Below are positions 42,943 through 51,990 of a DNA stretch of 64,000 bases, piece after piece. A program made the position numbers and the translations under genes. The notes below the pieces were generated by a model. It was not told where the DNA came from. It did not search any database and saw only the letters and a program-made list of their open reading frames with translations. Origin of the DNA: Rikenellaceae bacterium (lineage in GTDB: Bacteria > Bacteroidota > Bacteroidia > Bacteroidales > Rikenellaceae); the NCBI GenBank assembly GCA_031554415.1, contig JAVBVG010000013.1:2352-66351 (forward strand), given 5' to 3'. The first letter of the stretch is position 1. Every line of letters begins with the position of its first letter.

Positions 42943-44241
42943 TTAACAATTCTTAAAAATAGGAATGGCTTCCGCTATCGTGAAATTGCTGCCGCCGATA
43001 TAGACCATATCTTCGGCCGACGCCAGCGAGAGAGCTTTGCGGACAGCTTCCGCGACCGGAACGACACATCCGCCTTCGATGCCGCGGGCGGCGAAACGGC
43101 GGGCGAGCTCTTCGGCGGGCATGGCGCGTTCCACCCCCGCCTGTGTAAGGATATAACGGGCATCGCGCGGCAGCAGAGGGATTATCGCATCGAGGTCCTT
43201 GTCGGCCGCGAAACCCAGAACAATATAGAGCGTGCGGTATTTCTGCGCGGCTATCTGGCCCGCCGCCTGTGCTATTCCGTGGGCGTTGTGGGCCGTGTCG
43301 CAGACCACCAGCGGATGTTGGCCGAAAACCTGCCAGCGTCCGGCGAGCCCGGTCCGCGAGGCGGCGTGAGAGAGTCCCTCGCGCAGGGCCGCGCCGCTTA
43401 TATCGAGTTCCGTCCGCAGTTCATCGACCGCAGCCAGAACTGTAACGATATTCATCCGCTGGTAATCGCCAGCAAGGTCGAGGGGAAATGTCTGCCTGTT
43501 GCCATCCGCACAGGCCACCTCTAAAACGGTTCCGAACTCCGAGTGCACGGAGCTTACCACCCTGTATTTTTGGTCGGCGAAAACAATTGATGAACTGAGT
43601 TCGGCGGCTTTTTCGATGAAAACAGGCGCGCTTTCCGGGTCGGTTTCGCCTATTACGACCGGGACGCCCGGCTTGACGATGCCCGCTTTTTCGGCGGCTA
43701 TCAGCGGTATCGTGTCGCCCAGATATTGCGTGTGTTCGAGCCCGATGTTGGTGATGACGCTCAGGAGCGGCGTGATGATGTTTGTGGCGTCGAGCCTGCC
43801 GCCGAGTCCGGTTTCTATGACCGCGGCTTCGACCCCCGCCCGCGCGAACCAATCGAAAGCCATCACGGTCGCCATCTCGAAAAAGGTCATCCCCGACCGC
43901 ACCATTTCGTCCTTATAAAGTTCGGTAAAGCGGACGACCTCCTCTTCCGGGATCATCGCGCCGCCCACGCGTATTCGTTCCCGGAAATCGACCAGATGCG
44001 GCGAGGTGTAGAGACCCGTGCGGTATCCGGCCGCCTGCAGTACCGACGCGAGCATATGCGAGGTCGAACCCTTGCCGTTGGTTCCGGCGACGTGCACGGC
44101 GCGGAATTTCCGCTGCGGATCGCCCAGGCGTGCGGCGAACTCCGCGACGCGTTCCAGTCCCGGCTTATAGGCCCCCGCCCCCTTGTTCTCGAAAACCGGC
44201 AGCGAGTTGAAAAGGAACGTTATAGTGTCTTGGTAGGTCAC
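42943..44241 (-). CDS. folC: Folylpolyglutamate synthase/dihydrofolate synthase
   Basis: The P-loop is VAGTNGKGST. A GTG start at 44241 overlaps the lnt stop (GTGA). The N-terminal 170 codons of ORF 42943..44757 are Arg/Pro-rich junk overlapping lnt. Confidence 0.85.
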   Translation of the reverse strand: MTYQDTITFLFNSLPVFENKGAGAYKPGLERVAEFAARLGDPQRKFRAVHVAGTNGKGSTSHMLASVLQAAGYRTGLYTSPHLVDFRERIRVGGAMIPEEEVVRFTELYKDEMVRSGMTFFEMATVMAFDWFARAGVEAAVIETGLGGRLDATNIITPLLSVITNIGLEHTQYLGDTIPLIAAEKAGIVKPGVPVVIGETDPESAPVFIEKAAELSSSIVFADQKYRVVSSVHSEFGTVLEVACADGNRQTFPLDLAGDYQRMNIVTVLAAVDELRTELDISGAALREGLSHAASRTGLAGRWQVFGQHPLVVCDTAHNAHGIAQAAGQIAAQKYRTLYIVLGFAADKDLDAIIPLLPRDARYILTQAGVERAMPAEELARRFAARGIEGGCVVPVAEAVRKALSLASAEDMVYIGGSNFTIAEAIPIFKNC

Positions 44242-45809
44242 TTGACTATGTGGTCTTTCTTGCGGATGCGGTAGGCGATGAAATAGAGAATGCTCAGCCC
44301 GAGGACCAGCAGCGATATCCGGGCGAGGTAGTCGCCGAAACGGACGTAGAGCGTGGTTTTGCGGTTGAGGGGGATGTCGGCCGTGATGGCTCCGCGCGTT
44401 TCGTAGGCGAGGGTTTCCAGTACGTCGCCGCGGGTGTCGATGAAGCCGGATTTTCCGGTGTTCGCGCTGCGGGCGATCGCCCTGCGGGTCTCGACGGCCC
44501 TCAGGCGGGCGTAGTTGAAGTGCTGGCGGTAGCCGGGGGTGTCGCCCCACCAACCGTCGTTGGTGATGATGAACATCACCTCGGCGCCGTTCCGCACGAA
44601 TTCGGTGTAGTACCGGCCGTAGATCGACTCGTAGCAGATGCCTGCCGCAGCATGCACCCCGCCGTTGTCGAAGACCTTGCGCACGGTGTCGTAGCCCAAC
44701 TGTCCGCTGATGCCGCCCAGGTCGACCACAAGACGCTGCAGGTATTGCACCCACCACCAGTCGGGCATCATCTCGACGCCGATCACCAGTTTCGACTTGT
44801 GGTGCAGGTCGATCTTCCCCTCCGGATCTATCGCAATGGCGGTGTTGTAGACGTCGTAATAGCCTTGCTGCTCATTCCCGCGCGCGGTTTTGGTCTTTTT
44901 CTCCGAGCCGTACAATTTGTAGGTGGTTGCCCCGACAATGACCATGGCGTGAGGGTATTTCTCCCCGGCCACCCGGCGTATCTCAGCCAGCGACTGCGAG
45001 TTTTCCAGACGGCCTTCGGTCAGTCCCTCGTCGATGGCCGTTTCGGGCATAACGATGAAGTCCGCGTCCGCCGGAGCCTTCTGCATGAGGTCTACCAGGT
45101 TGGCGGTCTGTTCTTCCTGCGACAGCGTGAACTTTTCCTCGTAGGAATCTATATTGGGCTGGACCACGGTAACTTTCGCGGTGCGCTGGGGCTCGTCCCA
45201 GGCAAGGAACATGACGATCGACACCAGCGGCGGGATGACGGCGGTCAGCACCGGGGGCAGCCAGTTGCGCGGACGGCGCACGATCAGAAATTCATAGACA
45301 AGTATGTTGGTTACGAGTACCCACAGCGTGCCGCCGTAGACGCCCGTCCATTCGTACCACTGCACCAGCCATATGTCGCTTGCGAAGCCGTTGCCGATGT
45401 TGAGCCACGGGAACGACGCCTGGTTCCAGTTGTAGACCCATTCGCCGACCGTCCATACCGACACCAGCACCGTGTAGGAGAGCGCTTTGGGCGCCCTTTT
45501 CGAGATGAAGAACCACAGCATGAACGGTAGTCCGGTGTAGACGTATGCGAAGAAGGTCGCCGCGATCGGGCCTGCCGGGGTGGAGTTCCACACCCACCAG
45601 ATGGTGAGCGCGTACCACAGCGTGATGAAGAGCATCGTCCAGCCTAACATCTTCCGGAAAGAGCGGCGCGAGCGGTCGTAGCGCGCGGCGAGTATCAGCA
45701 TCGGGACCAGTCCGGCGAGCATCACGAGTCCCGTGAGCTCCATCCAGCCGAACGACATCATCACGGCCGCGAGCACCACCAGTAGCAGGTTTTCAAGATT
45801 TTTCTTCAT
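44238..45809 (-). CDS. lnt: Apolipoprotein N-acyltransferase
   Basis: An N-terminal multi-TM region is followed by a CN-hydrolase domain with MPETA, a K residue and ICYES. Confidence 0.88.
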   Translation of the reverse strand: MKKNLENLLLVVLAAVMMSFGWMELTGLVMLAGLVPMLILAARYDRSRRSFRKMLGWTMLFITLWYALTIWWVWNSTPAGPIAATFFAYVYTGLPFMLWFFISKRAPKALSYTVLVSVWTVGEWVYNWNQASFPWLNIGNGFASDIWLVQWYEWTGVYGGTLWVLVTNILVYEFLIVRRPRNWLPPVLTAVIPPLVSIVMFLAWDEPQRTAKVTVVQPNIDSYEEKFTLSQEEQTANLVDLMQKAPADADFIVMPETAIDEGLTEGRLENSQSLAEIRRVAGEKYPHAMVIVGATTYKLYGSEKKTKTARGNEQQGYYDVYNTAIAIDPEGKIDLHHKSKLVIGVEMMPDWWWVQYLQRLVVDLGGISGQLGYDTVRKVFDNGGVHAAAGICYESIYGRYYTEFVRNGAEVMFIITNDGWWGDTPGYRQHFNYARLRAVETRRAIARSANTGKSGFIDTRGDVLETLAYETRGAITADIPLNRKTTLYVRFGDYLARISLLVLGLSILYFIAYRIRKKDHIVK

Positions 45810-46160
45810 TGTCGAAAGCAAAAAATGATTCGCGTCAAAATATAATCGCCGTCGGCGTTCCGGCAAATATAGTGAAAGGTAAGTGCAATCGAAGAAAATT
45901 TATTTTCTAAAGATTGCCGAACCGTATCCTATATTCTACAAATATAATGATATTCGGCGCGATTTATTACTTTTGTAGCTTAGAGTCCGTCTGAAAGTTA
46001 TTCAATAAATCTGTTATGGCCTTTTTAAGCGCTTTTCACACAACGTCTTCGTTACAATGGAACCCCATTGCGCCTCGTCCGTTGCGTAAAAACCAACTTA
46101 AAAATCATCATAACATTATTATCAATAACCTTAAGACAGACTCTTAGAAAAGAGAAGAGG

Positions 46161-46802
46161 ATGGGATTCGAGATATTGCTGAGGGGTTTGACCGTGGGGC
46201 TGATAGCGTCGATAACGCTCGGACCTGTCGGCGTTATGTGCATTCAGCGCACCCTGAGCAAGAACCGCCAGTCTGGATTCGTTTCGGGCCTCGGGGCGGC
46301 GACCGCCGACTCGATCTTCGCAATCCTCGCCTACTTTTTCATCGCCGTTATCAGCTCTGTCATCGAAAGCCATATGCAGATCCTCAAGATCGTCGGGGGC
46401 ATCTGCGTGGTGATAGTCGGCGTGAACATATTCCTCAAAAACCCTGTCGTCCAGATACGCCGCAACCGCGCCGGCAAGAGCAACCTGTGGCAGGACTACG
46501 CCTCGACGTTCATTCTGACACTCACCAACCCCGGATTCATGCTGTGGCTGCTGGTGATATTTTCGGCCTTCAACGTCGGTTCGGCCGAGATGGGGCGGCT
46601 GACCTTTTCGCAAATGAAGACGGGCCTTTTGATGATAGCCGGCTTTTTCGGAGGCGCGGTCACGTGGTGGTTCCTGCTGACGTCGGTCATCAGCCTGCTG
46701 CGCAAGCGTTTCCGTCCGCGCCACCTGCTGTGGATCAACCGCATAGCGGGCGTTCTCATTGCGGTTTTGGGAGCAAGTGCGATAATCTCGGCATTCGTGT
46801 AG
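46161..46802 (+). CDS. LysE/RhtB-family amino-acid exporter
   Basis: The N-terminus is GLIASITLGPVGVMCIQRTL. It has about six TM helices. The start is the internal ATG (MGFEILL). Confidence 0.8.
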   Translation: MGFEILLRGLTVGLIASITLGPVGVMCIQRTLSKNRQSGFVSGLGAATADSIFAILAYFFIAVISSVIESHMQILKIVGGICVVIVGVNIFLKNPVVQIRRNRAGKSNLWQDYASTFILTLTNPGFMLWLLVIFSAFNVGSAEMGRLTFSQMKTGLLMIAGFFGGAVTWWFLLTSVISLLRKRFRPRHLLWINRIAGVLIAVLGASAIISAFV

Positions 46803-46804
46803 GG

Positions 46805-47494
46805 ATGGAAAAAAGACTTACCATAGCGATAGACGGCTTTTCGTCGAGCGGCAAAAGCACATTTGCCAGGAAGATAGCCTCGCGGCTCGGCTACGTCTTC
46901 ATCGACAGCGGGGCGATGTACCGCGCGGTGACGCTCTACGCCATCGAGCGCGGTATAATCCGGAGCGGCATGCTCGACGAGGACGCCCTGGTGCGTACGC
47001 TCGGCGACATCCGCATCGATTTCCGTTTCAATCCCGCGCGCGGGGCCAGCGACATATACCTCAACGGCGACCGCGTCGACGGCAAAATACGCACCATCGA
47101 GGTCAGCAATATGGTGAGCGAAGTTAGCTCGATAGGGGCCGTGCGCGAGAAGCTGGTTGCCGAACAGCGCCAGATGGGGCGCGACGGCGGGGTGGTGATG
47201 GACGGCCGCGACATCGGCACGGTGGTCTTTCCCGATGCCGACCTCAAGATTTTCCTCACGGCGGACCCTGCTGTAAGGGCCCTGAGGCGCTACGAGGAGT
47301 TGAAGGCGGCCGGGCAGGAGGTTCCGCTCGCCGAGATCGAGCGCAACATCCGCGAGCGCGACCACCTCGACCAGACCCGCAAAATAAGCCCTCTTCGCCA
47401 GGCTCCGGACGCTGTGGTCCTCGACAACAGCCATATGACGCCCGACCAGCAAATGGAGTGGGTAGATGAGCGCCTTGCCGAAATAAAACGATAA
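46805..47494 (+). CDS. cmk: Cytidylate kinase
   Basis: It has the P-loop IAIDGFSSSGKST and the motif DSGAMYR. Confidence 0.92.
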   Translation: MEKRLTIAIDGFSSSGKSTFARKIASRLGYVFIDSGAMYRAVTLYAIERGIIRSGMLDEDALVRTLGDIRIDFRFNPARGASDIYLNGDRVDGKIRTIEVSNMVSEVSSIGAVREKLVAEQRQMGRDGGVVMDGRDIGTVVFPDADLKIFLTADPAVRALRRYEELKAAGQEVPLAEIERNIRERDHLDQTRKISPLRQAPDAVVLDNSHMTPDQQMEWVDERLAEIKR

Positions 47495-47499
47495 AAACC

Positions 47500-48384
47500 A
47501 TGTATGTAGAGGTCGACGACAGGTCGGGTTTCTGTTTCGGGGTGGTGAACGCCATCGCGAAGGCCGGGGAGAGCATATCCGCCGGGCACCCGCTGGTGTC
47601 GCTCGGCGATATAGTCCACAACGGCGCCGAAGTCGCCCGGCTCGAAGGGATGGGCCTTCGGACGGTCCCCGAGAACGAACCCCTCGAAAACCTCGCCGGA
47701 CAGAGGGTGCTGATCCGCGCCCACGGCGAACCTCCAGCGACATACGAAAAAGCCCGCGAACACGGCATAACGCTCGTCGACGCGACCTGCCCGGTGGTGT
47801 CGAAACTGCAGCGTACCGTCGCGGAAGCCTACCGTAAAATGCAGCGCCTGGATGGTCAGGTGGTGATATTCGGCAAGCCCGGACACGCCGAAGTGCGCGG
47901 ACTTGCGGGGCAGGCCGGTGGCGACGTGATCGTCGTCGAGAACGCCGCCGACCTCGATAAGATAGACTTCGGCAGGCCGATATATTTCCTGTCGCAGACC
48001 ACGCGCAGCCTCGCCGATTTCGAGGAGCTGGGGCGCGAGATACGCAAGCGCGCCGCCGATCCGCGGAACGTTACCATCCACGACACGATATGCCGCCAGG
48101 TTTCGGGCCGCGAGCAGCATCTGGCCGAGTTCGCGCGCCGTTTCGACGTTGTGGTCTTCGTGGCGGGCGCGAAAAGCTCCAACGGCAAGGTGCTTTTCGA
48201 GGCTGTGAGGGCCGCAAATCCCGACAGCCATAAGATAGAGAGCGCGGCCGAGCTGCGTCCCGAATGGTTCGCCGGAAAATCATCGGCCGGGGTTTGCGGA
48301 GCGACCTCCACGCCCCTGTGGCTGATGAACGATATTGCAGGAAGAATCGGCGGAATGCAGGATTTTATGGGTAATGAGATTTAA
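47500..48384 (+). CDS. ispH: 4-hydroxy-3-methylbut-2-enyl diphosphate reductase
   Basis: It has the GFCFGV motif near the N-terminus and conserved Cys positions. It is 294 aa. Confidence 0.95.
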   Translation: MYVEVDDRSGFCFGVVNAIAKAGESISAGHPLVSLGDIVHNGAEVARLEGMGLRTVPENEPLENLAGQRVLIRAHGEPPATYEKAREHGITLVDATCPVVSKLQRTVAEAYRKMQRLDGQVVIFGKPGHAEVRGLAGQAGGDVIVVENAADLDKIDFGRPIYFLSQTTRSLADFEELGREIRKRAADPRNVTIHDTICRQVSGREQHLAEFARRFDVVVFVAGAKSSNGKVLFEAVRAANPDSHKIESAAELRPEWFAGKSSAGVCGATSTPLWLMNDIAGRIGGMQDFMGNEI

Positions 48385-48395
48385 TTGTCGCACTT

Positions 48396-49328
48396 ATGGG
48401 AGTTTTTAAATGTTTCGGTAAGGATTCGGAAAGGGCCAAAAAGAGGGCAAAAAAGGAAGCCGCGGAGAAACTGCTCCCGGACATCCTGCGTGACATCGCG
48501 GAACATCCCGAAAGGTATGCCGATCCTGAAATGAGGGAGATTTTGGGTCATGTAAAAGAGCACGGGGTGAGCGTTTTCCCCTATCCTTTTGCGGCGAAAT
48601 ACGACCCTGCCTCGCTGGAGGTCTTCACAGATAAGGATTCGGGATTGAAATACATCATGCAGAATGGGTACAGGCTGTATTATAAGCGGAGCATGCGCAA
48701 GTTCTGGCGCAGGAACGACAAGCCGCTTGATCGCAGGGCGGCCAAATATTTCAACGGCCTTATGGCGGAACAGGACCCGGCGTCGCCGCACTGTTACGCC
48801 GCCGGAGGTTTCGGGGTGGAGGAAGGGAGCGTGCTGTTCGACATAGGCAGTGCCGAAGGAAACTACGCGCTGGCCAACATCGACAAGGTTTCGCGGGTAT
48901 TCATTTTCGAGATCGAGGAGCCGTGGCTCGATGCGCTGCAACATACGTTCGCGCCGTGGAAAGACAAAGTGGTCATCATAAACAAGTTCGTTTCCGATAC
49001 CGACGGCGGGAATACCCTAACCGTGGATACCGTCGTGCGCGATTACGGCATAAAAGAGCCGGTGTTCCTTAAAATGGATGTGGAGGGGGCCGAAAGTTCG
49101 GTCCTGCGCGGGGCGAAAGAGACATTGTCGCGTCCAGATACCAAAGCGGTCATCTGTACCTACCACCGGCAGAACGACCATGCCGAACTCTCGGCGATGA
49201 TGGAGTCCGCCGGATACGACGTCAGGACCTCCCCCGGTTATATGCTGTTTCTGTACGGGGTCTTTGGACTTGAGCCGCCCTATTTCCGCAGAGGGTTGAT
49301 ATACTGCACGAAACGTAAGGAGAAATGA
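48396..49328 (+). CDS. FkbM-family methyltransferase
   Basis: It has the SAM motif DIGSAEGNY and FLKMDVEGAE, which is typical of FkbM. Confidence 0.75.
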   Translation: MGVFKCFGKDSERAKKRAKKEAAEKLLPDILRDIAEHPERYADPEMREILGHVKEHGVSVFPYPFAAKYDPASLEVFTDKDSGLKYIMQNGYRLYYKRSMRKFWRRNDKPLDRRAAKYFNGLMAEQDPASPHCYAAGGFGVEEGSVLFDIGSAEGNYALANIDKVSRVFIFEIEEPWLDALQHTFAPWKDKVVIINKFVSDTDGGNTLTVDTVVRDYGIKEPVFLKMDVEGAESSVLRGAKETLSRPDTKAVICTYHRQNDHAELSAMMESAGYDVRTSPGYMLFLYGVFGLEPPYFRRGLIYCTKRKEK

Positions 49329-50545
49329 AACTGTTAGACAGGTTCCTGGAATATGTGTCACTCGACACGCAGAGCGACGAGAACAGCCCGGCTTTTCCCT
49401 CGACCGGGAAACAGTTGGCGCTGCTGCGGCTGCTGGCAGGTGAGATGCGCTCGCTGGGGATGACCGAGGTCGCTATGGACTCAAACGGCTATGTCATGGG
49501 CACGATCCCCGCGACGAAGGGGTTTGAAGAGTGCCCGGTGATAGGTTTCCTGGCGCACGTCGACACCTCGCCCGATATGCCGGGCCGCAACGTCCGCCCC
49601 CAGATTATCGAAAAATACGGCGGCGGCGACATCCGGCTCAATGCGAAGGTCACGATGCGTGTCGCGGACTTTCCGGAACTTGAGTTTTTCAAAGGCCGGA
49701 CGCTGATCCACACCGACGGCACGACGCTTCTAGGGGCCGACGACAAGGCCGGGGCGGCCGAAATAATGACCGCCGCCGAATACCTGCTCGCCCATCCCGA
49801 AATTCCGCACGGAAAGATCCGCATAGGATTCACCCCCGACGAGGAGATAGGGCGCGGGGTCGATTTCTTCGACGTCGGGGCTTTCGGGGCCGATTTCGCC
49901 TACACCGTCGACGGCGGAATGGAGGGCGAACTCGAATACGAGAATTTCAACGCCGCGAGCGCTAAAATAAAGATACAGGGCCTGAATATCCATCCCGGCT
50001 ACGCTAAGGATAAGATGCTGAACGCGCTCCAGGTTGCCGCCGAGCTGAACTCGATGCTGCCCGCGTGCGAGCGCCCCGAACACACCGAAGGCTACGAAGG
50101 ATTCTATCATCTGACCTCGATGGGCGGGGGCGTCGAAAATGCGTCGATGGAGTATATCGTCCGCGACCACGACCGCGCGAAATTCGAGGCCCGAAAGAAG
50201 TTCCTGAAAGGCGCCGTCAAATCGCTTAACGGCAAATACGGCCGCGGAACGGTCGCCCTGACGCTCAAAGACCAGTACTACAATATGCGCGAAATGGTCG
50301 AGCCGCACCCTGAGATCATTGAAAAGGCCGTCCGCGCGATGGAAGAGGCGGGTGTCGTGCCGGTCATCCGCCCGATCCGGGGCGGGACTGACGGCGCGCG
50401 CCTGTCGTTCATGGGCCTGCCGTGCCCGAATATCTTCACGGGCGGCATGAACTTCCACGGCAAGTACGAATACATTTCGCTACAATCCATGGAAAAAGCC
50501 GTTCAGGTCATCATAAATCTCTCCCGCCTTTGGAGTGAAGAGTGA
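49325..50545 (+). CDS. pepT: Peptidase T (tripeptide aminopeptidase, M20B)
   Basis: It has MKLLDRFLEYVSLDTQSDE, HVDTSPD and GADDKAG. Confidence 0.93.
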   Translation: MKLLDRFLEYVSLDTQSDENSPAFPSTGKQLALLRLLAGEMRSLGMTEVAMDSNGYVMGTIPATKGFEECPVIGFLAHVDTSPDMPGRNVRPQIIEKYGGGDIRLNAKVTMRVADFPELEFFKGRTLIHTDGTTLLGADDKAGAAEIMTAAEYLLAHPEIPHGKIRIGFTPDEEIGRGVDFFDVGAFGADFAYTVDGGMEGELEYENFNAASAKIKIQGLNIHPGYAKDKMLNALQVAAELNSMLPACERPEHTEGYEGFYHLTSMGGGVENASMEYIVRDHDRAKFEARKKFLKGAVKSLNGKYGRGTVALTLKDQYYNMREMVEPHPEIIEKAVRAMEEAGVVPVIRPIRGGTDGARLSFMGLPCPNIFTGGMNFHGKYEYISLQSMEKAVQVIINLSRLWSEE

Positions 50546-50603
50546 CAGACCGCCTCCCCCTCGCCGATGGCGAGGGTACTCCTCCTAACTCAGGAGGAGA
50601 AAT
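50544..50603. repeat. Second copy of the gacagaccNcctccc...tactcctcctaactNaggaggagaaa repeat
   Basis: Compare 6070..6126. The inner hairpin sequence differs (ccctcgcc/ggcgaggg) while the flanks are conserved. Confidence 0.5.
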
Positions 50604-50614
50604 TTCACAAAAAA

Positions 50615-50634
50615 AGCCTGCTGGAAAGCAGGCT
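50615..50634. terminator. Bidirectional terminator between convergent pepT and fabH
   Basis: The stem agcctgct/agcaggct sits between an A-run and a T-run. Confidence 0.6.
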
Positions 50635-50676
50635 TCTCAATTTTTAAACAAATTTAAACCGCCGCGGCCGTTGCCG

Positions 50677-51684
50677 CTACATGCCCCATTTGTAGTACAT
50701 GGCGCCCCAGGTGAACCCGGCTCCGAAAGCCGAGATGATGAGGTTGTCCCCCTTCTTGAACTTCTTCTTGAAGTCCCAAAGCACCAGCGGAATGGAAGTC
50801 CCGGCGGTGTTGCCGTATTTTTCGATGTTGATAAGTATCTTGTCGTCCGACAGGCCCATGCGGTGCCCGGTTGCCGACAGGATGCGCAGGTTGGCCTGGT
50901 GGGGGATCAGGTAGGCGATGTCGTCGGCCTTGAGGTTATGTTTCTCCATCATGTTCACCGAAACGTCGGCCATGTTGCTGACGGCGTATTTGAAGACCGT
51001 CTTGCCGTCCTGGTAGATGTAGTGTTCGCGGCGCGCGACGGTTTCGGCAGTCGGCGGATAGCACGAACCGCCCGCTTTCTGGTAGAGGTAGTGGCGTCCG
51101 ATGCCGTCCACATGGTGTTCGTAGTCTATGAGTCCCTCGCCCGGATCGTCGGTCGGCTCGACGAGCATCGCCACCGCGGCGTCGCCGAACAGGGGGCAGG
51201 TGTTGCGGTCGGTGTAGTCGGTCATCGCGGACATGCGCTCGCCGCACACGAGGATCACCTTTTTAGCCTTTCCTGCGCGGATGAAGGCGTCGACCGTCGA
51301 GAAAGAATATATGAATCCGCTGCATCCGGCGTTGATGTCGAACCCCCATGCGTTTTTGATGCCCACCTTGTCGCAGATGATGTTGGCCGTGGCGGGGAAA
51401 AGCATGTCGGGCGAAACGGTGGCGCAGATCAGCATATCGACATCCTCCGTCTTCGTTCCGGTCGCCTTGAGCAGTTTGCGGACTGCGTCGGCCCCCATTT
51501 CCGAGGTTCCGAGCCCGTCCTGTTTGAGGATGCGGCGTTCGAGGATTCCGGTGCGTTCGCGTATCCACTGGTCGGAGGTGTCGACCATCTTTTCGATCTC
51601 CTGGTTGGTGAGTATGTAGTCGGGCAGCGACCCTTCTATACCTTTAATGACTGCTCTTTTCATTTCCGGAAAAATTGTCCGCAC
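50677..51684 (-). CDS. fabH: 3-oxoacyl-ACP synthase III
   Basis: The active-site Cys lies in NAGCSGFIYS, with HQAN and GNTA motifs further on. Confidence 0.93.
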   Translation of the reverse strand: MRTIFPEMKRAVIKGIEGSLPDYILTNQEIEKMVDTSDQWIRERTGILERRILKQDGLGTSEMGADAVRKLLKATGTKTEDVDMLICATVSPDMLFPATANIICDKVGIKNAWGFDINAGCSGFIYSFSTVDAFIRAGKAKKVILVCGERMSAMTDYTDRNTCPLFGDAAVAMLVEPTDDPGEGLIDYEHHVDGIGRHYLYQKAGGSCYPPTAETVARREHYIYQDGKTVFKYAVSNMADVSVNMMEKHNLKADDIAYLIPHQANLRILSATGHRMGLSDDKILINIEKYGNTAGTSIPLVLWDFKKKFKKGDNLIISAFGAGFTWGAMYYKWGM

Positions 51685-51826
51685 AGGGCGGCCTGATTCT
51701 GTTTAGACGCCAAAAATACCCAAAATATTACTAAGGGCCCGGTTGAGCCGGGTGATTTAACGAAAGGTTAACATTTGTAATATGTCAATTAACCTGCGGC
51801 GGGTATTGTTGTTAAAAAAAAAGACT

Positions 51827-51834
51827 TATATTTG
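51827..51834 (+). promoter_or_regulatory. Candidate -7 box TATATTTG for the surface-lipoprotein operon
   Basis: It matches TAnnTTTG exactly and lies about 155 nt upstream of the ATG at 51991. Confidence 0.4.
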
Positions 51835-51990
51835 CAGATGAAATAATCGAGCGTGTCGAGAAAATAAGCGAATACGTCGATAAAATAACCCGACACGCAG
51901 CCATTTTGATGTAAACCGTGTTCTCTGTCCGCACCGGAAATGATTTACCGGCGAAGGGCAGCGAAATTTGCAATCCACAATATTTCAGAG

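Noticed and set aside
42943-44757. 604-aa reading of the folC ORF
   Set aside because: The first ~170 codons overlap lnt on the same strand in another frame and are Arg/Pro/His-rich. A GTG at 44241 overlapping the lnt stop gives a normal 432-aa FolC.
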